Assembly (NCBI GenBank): GCA_034431475.1
Contig: DAOUDE010000111.1
Location: 6,931-70,930 of the forward strand
Source: Thermomicrobiales bacterium
Lineage (GTDB): Bacteria; Chloroflexota; Chloroflexia; Thermomicrobiales; UBA6265
Length of the DNA stretch: 64,000 nt
Direction of reading: 5' to 3'
The translations under genes were made by a program, and so were the position numbers. Under the pieces are notes generated by a model, which was not told the origin of the DNA, did no database searches, and was given only the letters and a program-made list of their open reading frames with translations. This document shows, piece by piece, positions 38,040 through 47,407 of the stretch (position 1 is its first letter; each line of letters begins with the position of its first letter).

Positions 38040-39953
38040 CTAGAGTGGGAGTGCCGGCGGCACGATTGCCTCGTCCGCCCCGGCGCTGCGATTTGCCGCA
38101 AACTGGTCGCGGTACAGGCGGGCGTAGAGGCCGCCCCGGGCCAGGAGTTGCTCGTGGGTGCCTCGCTCCACGATGCGTCCCCGCTCCACCACCAGGATGA
38201 CGTCCGCCGCAAGGATCGTGCTCAGGCGGTGGGCAATGGCCAGCGTCGTGCGGTCACGCATCAACGGATCGAGCGCGGCCTGGATCAGGCGCTCGGAGTG
38301 CGTATCCAGCGCGCTGGTCGCCTCGTCGAGGATCAGGATACGCGGGTCCTTGAGAATGACGCGGGCGATGGCGATCCGCTGCTTCTCCCCGCCGGAGAGC
38401 TTGTAGCCGCGCTCCCCCACCACCGTGTTGTAGGCCTCTGGCAGCTCCATGATCCGCGCGTCAATCGCCGCCGCCTGCGCCGCGGCGCGAATTTCCTCAT
38501 CCGTCGCATCCGGCTTCCCGTAGGCAATGTTTTCCCGGATCGTGGCGTGGAAGAGATAGGTTTCCTGCGTCACGATCCCGATCACTTCGCCGAGGCTCGC
38601 CAGGGTGACATCACGCACGTCGTGCCCATCGATGGAGATGGCCCCGGCATCGACGTCGTAGAAGCGTGGCACGAGCATGGCGATGGTCGTCTTGCCGGAG
38701 CCACTCGGACCCACCAGCGCGGCCAATTGACCCGGCTCAACCAGAAAGTCGATGTCTTCGAGGCGGAACGGCGTGGCGTCGGGCGGCAGCTCCACGCCCT
38801 CCTGCACTTCTGCTGCCACGTTGATTGCTTGCTCGTAGGCGAAGGAGACATGCGCGAAGCGGACGCGCCCCGCCACATTGGCTGGAATCAATGCGACCGC
38901 CCCCGGCCGATCCGTAATCTCCACCGGCAGGTCGAGATACTCGAAGATGCGGTCGAAAAGCGCGAAGGCGCCCTGGATCTCCACCTGCACGTTGAGCATT
39001 TGCCCCAGCGGGAAGAAGAGCCGGCTCTGCAGCGTGGTAAATGCCACGATGTCGCCGATCGAGAGGTCCTGCGCGCCGCCGATGATCTGCACACCGGCGT
39101 AGAGGTAGACGATGGCCGGCGTGATCGAGAAGAACGTGCCGATGATCATGAAGAACCAGCGGCCCACCATCTGCTGCCGGATCTGCAATGCGGTCAGGCG
39201 CGAGTTCACGTCCTGAAAGCGCGCCACCTCGTGCTGCTGCCGGCCGAACGCCTTGGAGAGCAACATGCCGCTGACCGAGAGCGTCTCCTCGGTCTGCGCG
39301 GTCAGGTCCGCCACGGTCTCCTGCGTCTCCCCCTGCACCTCGCGCCGGATGTTGCCGACCCGGTACGTGAGATACAGGAAAAAGGGCAGCATCCCCAGCG
39401 AGATCAGCGTCATCTGCCAGGAAATGATCGCCATGGCCACCACCGTCGAAATGGCTGTCGCCAGGTTGCTGACGATGGAGGTTGCCGTGTCGGTGACCAC
39501 TTGCTGCACGCCGCTGACGTCGGAACTGAGCCGCGCCTGAATCTCGCCGGTGCGCGTGGCGGTAAAGAAGCGCAGCGGCATCTGCTGCAGGTGCGCGTAG
39601 AGTGCGTTGCGCAGATCCCGCATCACATGCTGGCCGATCTGCGTGTTCAGCCAGGTCTGGCCAATGCCGATCAGGCCCGTGACGATCGGGAGCAGGATCA
39701 TCAAGCCAACGTAGAGGTACAGCTCCCGCAGGTCCCGGTTCGGGATGGCGTCGTCGATGATGAGCTTGAGCAGCAGCGGATTGACGAGGCCGATCACCGC
39801 CACCAGGGCGATGGCGACAACCGTCAGCGCCACCTGCCAGCGGTAAGGCCGGAAGAACCCTGCGACACGGCGCACCGTGGCAGCCCGGATCGGCCGCTTC
39901 TCGCCTGGCGCCTGCGTTGCCATCAAGCGGCCGCGCGGGCCGCCCATCATCAT
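38040..39953 (-). CDS. ABC exporter (fused TMD-NBD, multidrug type)
   Basis: Six TM segments; GPSGSGKTT, LSGGEKQRIAIAR, ILDEATSALD, AHRLST. Confidence 0.95.
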   Translation of the reverse strand: MMMGGPRGRLMATQAPGEKRPIRAATVRRVAGFFRPYRWQVALTVVAIALVAVIGLVNPLLLKLIIDDAIPNRDLRELYLYVGLMILLPIVTGLIGIGQTWLNTQIGQHVMRDLRNALYAHLQQMPLRFFTATRTGEIQARLSSDVSGVQQVVTDTATSIVSNLATAISTVVAMAIISWQMTLISLGMLPFFLYLTYRVGNIRREVQGETQETVADLTAQTEETLSVSGMLLSKAFGRQQHEVARFQDVNSRLTALQIRQQMVGRWFFMIIGTFFSITPAIVYLYAGVQIIGGAQDLSIGDIVAFTTLQSRLFFPLGQMLNVQVEIQGAFALFDRIFEYLDLPVEITDRPGAVALIPANVAGRVRFAHVSFAYEQAINVAAEVQEGVELPPDATPFRLEDIDFLVEPGQLAALVGPSGSGKTTIAMLVPRFYDVDAGAISIDGHDVRDVTLASLGEVIGIVTQETYLFHATIRENIAYGKPDATDEEIRAAAQAAAIDARIMELPEAYNTVVGERGYKLSGGEKQRIAIARVILKDPRILILDEATSALDTHSERLIQAALDPLMRDRTTLAIAHRLSTILAADVILVVERGRIVERGTHEQLLARGGLYARLYRDQFAANRSAGADEAIVPPALPL

Positions 39954-39956
39954 GAG

Positions 39957-40529
39957 CTAGTCATCCAGGCGCTCCTGGACATGTTCCAACCAGGAATCGG
40001 CCGCCTCCGTCTGCATCGCTCGCAAATCGCGCACCAGCGCACCGAACTCCTGGCCCGTACCCGGCGTGGGCATTGGCTCGTGATTGAAGCTCTCTTGTAC
40101 ACCCGCCAGCAGCGCGCGTTGCTCTCGCACCAACCGCCGGGCCGTGTCCTCTTCCAACCGCAGCGCAAGAAAGAGCTTGACCAGGAACTCCAGGCGCACC
40201 TCGCGCGTGTGGTGTACCGGCTCAGCCAGCCAGCGGCGCAGTTCCACGCGTCCCTCGTCGGTGATTGCAACCGTACGCCGCCCCGGGCGTCTCCCACCGT
40301 CGCTGATCAACCGCAACCAGCCGAGCCTTTCCAGCTTCTTGACGTGGTGGTAGATCATCCCGGCTTCCAGGTGCAGCACGCTACCCAGCGGCGCGCCCGG
40401 CGCAAACGAGCGGGCCAGGTCGTAACCATGACCGGACCCGCTCTCGGTAGCGGCCAGCACACCCAACAGGGCGTGTTCTGGCGTCATGCCGCGCGGAGTA
40501 GCCGCAGTTGTGGCCTTCCGTCCAGCCAT
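39957..40529 (-). CDS. PadR-family transcriptional regulator
   Basis: GHGYDL, IYHHVKKLE, ITDEGRVELRRWL, EFLVKLF. Confidence 0.9.
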   Translation of the reverse strand: MAGRKATTAATPRGMTPEHALLGVLAATESGSGHGYDLARSFAPGAPLGSVLHLEAGMIYHHVKKLERLGWLRLISDGGRRPGRRTVAITDEGRVELRRWLAEPVHHTREVRLEFLVKLFLALRLEEDTARRLVREQRALLAGVQESFNHEPMPTPGTGQEFGALVRDLRAMQTEAADSWLEHVQERLDD

Positions 40530-40569
40530 GATCAGCGCAACCCTGGTGGGGCGAGAACGAGGTGCGGGC

Positions 40570-41946
40570 TCACACGGCCTGCTCGGCAGGAACGTCGATC
40601 TCCTCGCTTTCGCCGCGTGACGGGCCGACCCAGACCCGCGCCACGCGCAGGCCGTCGATCTCCTCTACGCGCAAGATCTGTCCATCCTCGGTCACCACCT
40701 CGTCACCCACCACTGCCGGACGGCCCAGGGCACTGAAAACGAACCCACCGACCGTTTCCACATCATCCTCTTCGAGATCGAGGTCGTAGAACTCCTTGGC
40801 CTCCATTAGGGTGGTCAGACCGTCCAGCGAGAAGCTGCCATCCGCGGTCCGCCGCCCGTTCTCAAACGACGGCTCGAACTCATCGGAAATCTCGCCGACC
40901 AGGCTCTCGACCAGGTCAACCAGCGTAATCAGCCCTGCCGTCCCGCCATACTCGTCGATGACGATGGCGAATGGCGCCTCGGCCGCTCGCAATCTGGGCA
41001 ACAGGTCGGAGGCCGAGGCCGTTTCCGGCACCGCCAGCACGGTGGTCATCGTCTCATCCATGCTGAAATCAGGCGCAGCCCCATTCTTCGTGATGTTCGC
41101 ACTGGCGAGCAGCGTCGGCAGCAGCCGTTTGACATCGATCACGCCCACCACGTGGTCAATATCGCCGTCGTAGACTGGCAGCCGCGAATGTCCAGAGGCC
41201 GTCGCTGCAGCCATGACCTCCTCGAGATCCGCGTCGCGCCGGACAGCCGTAATCTCGGTGCGAGGCACCATGGCGTGCCGGGCCTCGAGGTCCGGGAAGA
41301 GCAGCGCGCGGTCGACGAGATCGTGCGCGGATTCCTCCACCAACCCCGCCTCCCGGCTGGCATCGACAGCCAGGCGCAGTTCCTCCGCGGACTGCACCAG
41401 TTGATGACCGCTGGCCGGGTCGATGCCGATGGCCCGCACCACCGCGTTGCCGATGGTGTTCAGACCGACGATGGCCGGGCGGAATGCCAGGTAGAACCAG
41501 TGAATCGGGCCCGAGGCGAACATCGCCGTCTGCTCCGGGCGCTGTAGGGCCAGGCTCTTCGGCGCAAGCTCACCGATGACGATGTGCAGCGTGGTGATCA
41601 GCGAAAACCCGATGGCAAATGAGATCGTGTGCGTGAGCGCATCGCGCGATCCTTCAGGAATGAACCCGAGATTGTGAATCAGTGGCTCTATAAGCGAGGC
41701 AACCGCCGGCTCACCAATCCACCCGAGCGCCAGGCTCGCCATGGTGATGCCCAGTTGGGTTGCGGCAATGTACGTATCAAGGTGATTCAGTTCCGCGAGC
41801 ACCTTTTCTGCCTGGCGGTGCCCTTCAGCGGCAAGTTGCTGAACCCGTGTGCGGCGTACGGAAACCAGCGCGAACTCGGTGGCCACAAAGAAGCCATTGG
41901 CCAGCACCAGCAGGAGGACGGCCAAGAGCGCGAGCAACGTACGAAT
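40570..41946 (-). CDS. Hemolysin-family/CNNM (DUF21-CBS-CorC) protein
   Basis: ANGFFVATEFALVS, TQLGIT, GELAPKSLA, CBS pair (HSRLPVY; IDEYGGTAGLITL), CorC domain; start proposed at ATT 41946 or TTG 41937. Confidence 0.93.
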   Translation of the reverse strand: MRTLLALLAVLLLVLANGFFVATEFALVSVRRTRVQQLAAEGHRQAEKVLAELNHLDTYIAATQLGITMASLALGWIGEPAVASLIEPLIHNLGFIPEGSRDALTHTISFAIGFSLITTLHIVIGELAPKSLALQRPEQTAMFASGPIHWFYLAFRPAIVGLNTIGNAVVRAIGIDPASGHQLVQSAEELRLAVDASREAGLVEESAHDLVDRALLFPDLEARHAMVPRTEITAVRRDADLEEVMAAATASGHSRLPVYDGDIDHVVGVIDVKRLLPTLLASANITKNGAAPDFSMDETMTTVLAVPETASASDLLPRLRAAEAPFAIVIDEYGGTAGLITLVDLVESLVGEISDEFEPSFENGRRTADGSFSLDGLTTLMEAKEFYDLDLEEDDVETVGGFVFSALGRPAVVGDEVVTEDGQILRVEEIDGLRVARVWVGPSRGESEEIDVPAEQAV

Positions 41947-42151
41947 AGAAGACTCCTCTCCGGGGAACGAACGGAACCGGCGCTGGCACGCGTGTTGCCA
42001 ATTGATGCGCACTGCCGCAGCCTCAAGAATACATGAGTTTTCGCGTAACTCCAGCCTGGACATGCCCGCCGGAAGCGTCGCCAGACCGGGATGTCCGGTA
42101 GACTCCTGGCAGATTTCGTGGCAAGCGTTTGGCAGGGGTTGGGCGAACACC

Positions 42152-43588
42152 GTGACGGGGTCAATTCTGGAGCAGTTGCCGGCCCCGCAGCGTGAACTTT
42201 CGGCACACCTGGCCCAGATTTTCGCCCGGGCAGGGCAGGAGTTGTATCTCGTCGGCGGCATCGTGCGCGACGCCCTGTTGCACCTCCCCTTCACCGCCGA
42301 TCTCGACTACGCAACCTCTGCGCCCACCGGCGTCACCCAGGCCCTCCTGGAGCAGGCCGGGGCAGTGTCCACCTACGCCATTGGTGAGCGGTTCGGCACC
42401 ATCGGAGCGGTGTTCGGGGAGGTAGACGCGCGCTCACAGATCGAGGTCACCACCTACCGCCGCGAGGTCTACCCGGACGAGACACGCTTCCCGGACGTGG
42501 TCTTCGACGCCACGCTCACCGACGACCTGGCCCGCCGCGACTTCACGATGAACGCCATCGCCCTCGATGCACAGTCCGGTGAGGTTGTCGACCCGTGGGG
42601 TGGTGAGGCGGATATCGCCCTGGCGACGGTGCGGGCTGTGGGGGAGCCCGCCGCCCGCTTCGCCGAAGATCCGTTGCGGCTCCTGCGCGCCGCCCGGTTC
42701 GTGGCACAGCTCGGGTTCCGCCTGGACTGGCAGACCGAAGAGGCCATGGCAGCCGAAGCCGGGAGCCTGCAACGCATCAGCCACGAGCGCATCCTGGCCG
42801 AACTAACGCGGTTGCTCACGGGCGAGTGGGCAGATCATGGCCTGGATGTCCTGCGACGCACCGGCCTGCTCCGGGTGGCGCTGCCCGAACTGACCGGGCT
42901 GGCAGACGAGGCCGAGACAGACTTGAGCGGGCGGCTGGCTCGCGAAAAGGATCTCTGGGACCACACCATCCGGGTTGTGGCCCAGGCGCCACCGCGCCCC
43001 GCCGTGCGCTGGGCGGCGTTCCTGCACGATGCCGCCAAACCGCGTACGCGGAGCGTCGGGCTCGATGGCGAAGTGCACTTCTTTGGCCATGAGCGCGTTG
43101 GCGCGGAGATGGCGCGGACGATCTTGGAGCGCCTGGGAGCAGACAAGGCCCTGCGCTCTCGCGTGACGGCCCTGGTCGAACTGCACGGCCGCCCCGCTGC
43201 CTACGACGCGTCATGGACAGACAGTGCCGTGCGCCGGCTGGCGCTGGAAGCTGGCGATGCCTGGGATGATCTTCTGGACCTCGCGGCAGCCGATGTCACC
43301 TCGGGTCGGGAACGCAAGCGGCAGGAAGCTGCCCGGCGCGTGGCCGGCCTGCGGGCACACGCCGACCGGCTGGCGGCCGAGGCGACCCTCGCCGAACTGG
43401 AGAGCCCGCTTGATGGCAATGACCTCATGCGGCTCTTCACGCGCCCGCCTGGCCCGTGGATCAAGTCGTTGAAGGAGCTTCTGCGCGAAGCTGTCATCGA
43501 TGGGCGGCTGCAACCGGGGGATCGCGCCACCGCCGAGGCGATGGCGCGCGACTACCTGGCCCGCACGCCAGATCCGGGCATGAGTTAG
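42152..43588 (+). CDS. cca: CCA tRNA nucleotidyltransferase with HD domain
   Basis: LVGGIVRD, DLDYAT, EVTTYR, DDLARRDFTMNA, EDPLRLLRAARF, LHDAAKP; start GTG 42152 (alternative ATG 42062). Confidence 0.92.
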   Translation: MTGSILEQLPAPQRELSAHLAQIFARAGQELYLVGGIVRDALLHLPFTADLDYATSAPTGVTQALLEQAGAVSTYAIGERFGTIGAVFGEVDARSQIEVTTYRREVYPDETRFPDVVFDATLTDDLARRDFTMNAIALDAQSGEVVDPWGGEADIALATVRAVGEPAARFAEDPLRLLRAARFVAQLGFRLDWQTEEAMAAEAGSLQRISHERILAELTRLLTGEWADHGLDVLRRTGLLRVALPELTGLADEAETDLSGRLAREKDLWDHTIRVVAQAPPRPAVRWAAFLHDAAKPRTRSVGLDGEVHFFGHERVGAEMARTILERLGADKALRSRVTALVELHGRPAAYDASWTDSAVRRLALEAGDAWDDLLDLAAADVTSGRERKRQEAARRVAGLRAHADRLAAEATLAELESPLDGNDLMRLFTRPPGPWIKSLKELLREAVIDGRLQPGDRATAEAMARDYLARTPDPGMS

Positions 43589-44706
43589 CCGGCAGCGACC
43601 GGGGTCCCGGCGGCGGGCAACCTGCGTTCCGCCGCGAAATCCACCATGAAGAGCGAGACCCCGGTAGTGTCCGGCGCGTCCAGACCGGGGGCCAACACCG
43701 CGACGCCGTGCGCCGCGGAATCGCCCTCCAGTGCGATTACCAGTGAGCCGGTATCGGTCAGCGTACCGCCAACATCACCGCACGCCACCACGTCGCTAGC
43801 CTCGGAGCGCACGAGAACCGAGTGCGGCGCAGTCGTCAGCGTATCAAACGGCACCGCCGCCGAGGCATACGACTGCGAGGTCTGTTCCGCCGTGGCCACG
43901 CCTACGGCAGCCCCCGGCCCCGGCAGGATCAAGCCCAGGTCCGCAACCAGGTCGCCAGGCTCGGCGCAGGTCCCCGCCACGATCTGGCCGCTACGCCCGG
44001 TTGGCCGGGTCACCTCCACGGGCCGGGACTCGACGATGGTCGCCAGCGTGCCGCTTGCCGCCTGGCCGATCACCAGGATGTCGTTCGCGGTGCCCTCGGC
44101 GAACTCGACGCCAGCCAGCGACACCAGCGCGTTACGCGAGGTTTCGTCCAGGAAGTCGAGGTCGTAGACCCCCGCGTCGACCTGCGCGTACTCGGAGGCA
44201 TCGCCAAAGCCCAGCGGCTCCGTCAGCGCACTCCCACCGGAGAACGCCGGGACCAGGCTGGTATCGAGCGACCCGTTGATAACCCGGAAGCGTGCGCGGC
44301 CCGCATCCAGTGGGCGGTCATCGACCAGGAAGAGCCCCACGCTGGCCGCATCCGCACTCCCGACCAGGGTGGCGTACACCTCACGGCCGGCGCGGAGCGT
44401 GACCCCGCCGGCGACCAGCGCACCGTCCGGCCCGGCGCCGCTTGGAACCACGGCGAACTGATGATCGCCGGAGGCAATGCGCAGTTCGCCGCTGGTGTCG
44501 CCGGGGCCGAGCGCGATCAGCGCGAGCGCGCCGTCGAGGTAGATATCGACCGGGCCTACCCCGTCGAGGCCGTGCACAACCCGTACCCGCGTCTGGGTGT
44601 CATCCTGGGCCGTCGCCGGAGCCAACCCCGTGAGGAGTGCGCCCGACACGACCAGGGCGGTGAGCATCACCCGCAGGAATACGAGGACCAGGCGCGGAAA
44701 CAGCAT
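43585..44706 (-). CDS. Secreted DUF4397-domain protein
   Basis: Signal peptide ATA-QD; RVRVVHGLDGVGPVDIYLDG and RFRVING repeats; C-terminal GTC...ACGD domain; GGAGGAG RBS. Confidence 0.8.
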   Translation of the reverse strand: MLFPRLVLVFLRVMLTALVVSGALLTGLAPATAQDDTQTRVRVVHGLDGVGPVDIYLDGALALIALGPGDTSGELRIASGDHQFAVVPSGAGPDGALVAGGVTLRAGREVYATLVGSADAASVGLFLVDDRPLDAGRARFRVINGSLDTSLVPAFSGGSALTEPLGFGDASEYAQVDAGVYDLDFLDETSRNALVSLAGVEFAEGTANDILVIGQAASGTLATIVESRPVEVTRPTGRSGQIVAGTCAEPGDLVADLGLILPGPGAAVGVATAEQTSQSYASAAVPFDTLTTAPHSVLVRSEASDVVACGDVGGTLTDTGSLVIALEGDSAAHGVAVLAPGLDAPDTTGVSLFMVDFAAERRLPAAGTPVAAG

Positions 44707-44726
44707 CGGCTCCTCCGGAAAAACAA

Positions 44727-44749
44727 CAAACCCGGCAGAGCCGGGTTTG
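44727..44749 (-). terminator. Intrinsic terminator just upstream of the DUF4397 RBS
   Basis: 10-bp stem CAAACCCGGC/GCCGGGTTTG followed on the minus strand by TTGTTTTT. Confidence 0.7.
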
Positions 44750-44798
44750 CCAGATCTATCAAACCGATTCCAGCTTCGGCGGCCTGCACCGCGACATT

Positions 44799-44924
44799 CT
44801 AGGCTGGATTGAGAACCAGAAGCAGCACAAAGGCGACGGCAATAAGTCCTGCGGCCCCAAAAGCTCGCACCAGAAGATCCGATGCCCGCAGAGAATCTGT
44901 CGCGCGGCGCTCGTTCTCAGTCAC
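44799..44924 (-). CDS. Putative 41-aa single-TM small protein
   Basis: GTG start after GGGGGTGGGA; MTENERRATDSLRASDLLVRAFGAAGLIAVAFVLLLVLNPA. Confidence 0.45.
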   Translation of the reverse strand: MTENERRATDSLRASDLLVRAFGAAGLIAVAFVLLLVLNPA

Positions 44925-45055
44925 GCGGTCCCACCCCCTGAATTGTCTTCCCATCAACGTTGCGACAGACGTCAGCGATTCCCAGGTCGCTGTCCGGCGG
45001 AGATTGCCGCAACCATTGCCTCCCGCCGCGATAGTACGAGTGCCGTTCCCGTCTG

Positions 45056-45904
45056 TCAATCTTTCGGCGGTGCCGATAGTCCGGGATTTCCCGGGTTGTG
45101 ACCTGGACCACGTTTGCGCTCTTGCTTCTGCCGCTTCACGGCCCGGCGCTGCTCATGGGCCTGCTTCCGTTCCGCGCGATGTGCCTGCCGCTCTGACTTC
45201 GGCCGGTTCTCCCGGCTCGCCGAGCCACGTTTTCCGGGCTTGCGGTCTCCCGAGGCGTCCAGAAACGCGTCGCGCGTGAGCCGCATCTCGATCACGCGCA
45301 ATTCCGTCTGGCGCCGGGCAACCCACTCCACGTGCTCACCCGTGATCTCGAAACCGACGCGCTGGTAGGCAGCAATGGCGCGGGCGTTATGGGAAAAGAC
45401 CTCCAGGCGCACCTCATCGAGGGCGAGGTTTTCGAACGCCTCGTCCATGACCAGGCGCGTCGCCTCGGTGCCGTTGCCGTGGCCCCAGGCGTCCTTCTCG
45501 CCGATGACGATCCGGAAGAGTGCGGACGTGGTGTTGCCGGTACGGGAGCGGTCGGTGATCGCGGTGGTGCCCAGCAGGCGCTTGCCCTTACGTGCATGGA
45601 TGGCGAAGCAGGTGCCGCGGGCCGAAGAGGGCAGGATGAAGGAATCGAAGTAGCCCCGGGATTGCCAATCCGTCAACGGTTCCAGGTCGTGACGGAGCAG
45701 ATAGGCGATCTCCGGATCGGCATACCACCGCTGGAATGCCTCCCGGTTGTGGGGGACATGCTGGCGCAGGGTAACGAGTTCGCCTTTGCGCACGAGTGCG
45801 CCGTGGTCGCGCTCCTCGTCGTCCTCGTCGTCCAGGTCATCCTCCGCATCATCGGCGTCGCGCTGCAAGCGCCGCCGAATCCAGGATCTGAAGCCGCCAA
45901 GCAT
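45056..45904 (-). CDS. GNAT N-acetyltransferase (RimJ/RimL type)
   Basis: LLGTTAI, IVIGEKDAWGHGNGTEA, VRLEVFSHNARAIAAYQRVGF; acidic N-terminus and basic C-terminal tail. Confidence 0.9.
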   Translation of the reverse strand: MLGGFRSWIRRRLQRDADDAEDDLDDEDDEERDHGALVRKGELVTLRQHVPHNREAFQRWYADPEIAYLLRHDLEPLTDWQSRGYFDSFILPSSARGTCFAIHARKGKRLLGTTAITDRSRTGNTTSALFRIVIGEKDAWGHGNGTEATRLVMDEAFENLALDEVRLEVFSHNARAIAAYQRVGFEITGEHVEWVARRQTELRVIEMRLTRDAFLDASGDRKPGKRGSASRENRPKSERQAHRAERKQAHEQRRAVKRQKQERKRGPGHNPGNPGLSAPPKD

Positions 45905-46071
45905 GGTAACACCCGTCTGTACCTACTCCCACGCCCCGCGTGTCGCAAGAGCAGCGCCACATCGGCGCCATTCGACACTGGAGGCGTTGGCACCGATACT
46001 CGCAAGTGAACCACTGCGGTTCGGGTCATGCCCCACCGACGCGGCATTCGTGCCCGCAGTGTCGGCGATAA

Positions 46072-47346
46072 TTGACTGACCGACCAGAGGTTACCTTGAC
46101 CTTGTCCACGCTTTCGACAACTCCACCTTTGGCCAGGAGCCTGATTCTCTTCATTGGCGACGGCATGGGCCAGGCCCACCGGTTCGCCGGCCAACTGCTC
46201 GCCGCCGGGCGCGACGGCCGGCTGGCGATGGACCGCCTGCCAACCCTGGGGCACATGGGCACCATGTGCGTCGATCCCACCACCTTCGTCACCGATTCCG
46301 CGGCGGCGGCCACAGCCATCGCGACGGGCTACAAGACGAGGAATGGCTGCGTCTCGATCGACGCCAACGGTGAAAGCCGCCCCACTATCCTGGAAATGGC
46401 AAAGGCCTCGGGCCGCTCGGTGGGCCTGATCAGCACTTGCCAGATCACGGACGCCACGCCCGCCGCCTTCGCGGCGCATGTCCCGCTGCGGGCTGCGCAG
46501 AGCACGATTGCCCGCCAGTACATCGAGGAAGCCCAGGTCGATGTCATCCTGGGCGGGGGCGCGGTGCACTGGTACCCACGTGGGCAGCGCCTGCCGGCGG
46601 CGCTGACGCGGGATGCCCGCTGGCGCGGCGTCGGTGAAGAGGGCGACCTGGTTGCCCGCGCCGCCGCACTGGGCTACAACGTGGTCTTGACCGAGCAGGA
46701 CTTGGCCGCGAATCTGGAACTCCGGAAGTCGACCGGGGAGCAGCGTCCGCTACTCGGCCTCTTCGCCGGTGAGGAATTCTTCGTGCAGACCGAAGAGGGT
46801 CTTGGCGCGGTCTATGACCCGCCCGTGTCACTGGCCGATCTGACTGCCGCCGCGATCGGCGTCCTCTCCCGCAACCCGAACGGCTTTTTCCTGATGGTCG
46901 AGGAATCTGCCATCGACCGCATGGCGCACCGCAACAACGCGCCCCTGACCCTGAAGGGCGTACTGGAACTGGATCGGGCGGTGCAGGTGGGCCTCGCCTT
47001 CGCCAGCCGCCACCCGGACACGGCGGTCATCGTCACCGCCGACCACGAGTGCGGCGGCCTGGCCGTCGCTGGCTCCCTGGATCAGCCGTACCCCTACGAG
47101 CCGGGTGGCGGTCTCCTGGATACGCTCCTGGCGGGCGAGGACGGCCCCTTCCCGGTGGCAGGCACCGACTACGGCTTTGTCCTGGGTTGGGCGACCACCG
47201 GCCACACCTCGGCCCCGGTGCCGATCACCGCCATCGGCCCCGGCACCGAGAACCTGGCCGGCGTCATCGAGAACACCGACGTGTTTCACACCATGGCGCA
47301 CGCGCTGTCGGTCGCGGAAACCCCGGCGAACAAGCGACGGAACTGA
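46072..47346 (+). CDS. Alkaline phosphatase (PhoA/PhoB family), no signal peptide
   Basis: ILFIGDGMG, VTDSAAAATA, ITDATPAAF, MVEESAIDRMAH, VTADHE, GHT; start may be TTG 46096. Confidence 0.93.
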   Translation: MTDRPEVTLTLSTLSTTPPLARSLILFIGDGMGQAHRFAGQLLAAGRDGRLAMDRLPTLGHMGTMCVDPTTFVTDSAAAATAIATGYKTRNGCVSIDANGESRPTILEMAKASGRSVGLISTCQITDATPAAFAAHVPLRAAQSTIARQYIEEAQVDVILGGGAVHWYPRGQRLPAALTRDARWRGVGEEGDLVARAAALGYNVVLTEQDLAANLELRKSTGEQRPLLGLFAGEEFFVQTEEGLGAVYDPPVSLADLTAAAIGVLSRNPNGFFLMVEESAIDRMAHRNNAPLTLKGVLELDRAVQVGLAFASRHPDTAVIVTADHECGGLAVAGSLDQPYPYEPGGGLLDTLLAGEDGPFPVAGTDYGFVLGWATTGHTSAPVPITAIGPGTENLAGVIENTDVFHTMAHALSVAETPANKRRN

Positions 47347-47407
47347 CGGGTGGGTTTGCCCTTCGAAGCGAAGTGCGACCGGAGCCGGGTCGTTTTTGGC
47401 TTGCGCT

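Noticed and set aside
41947-42151. yybP-ykoY or M-box riboswitch ahead of the CNNM gene
   Set aside because: Only short hairpins; no recognisable consensus by eye
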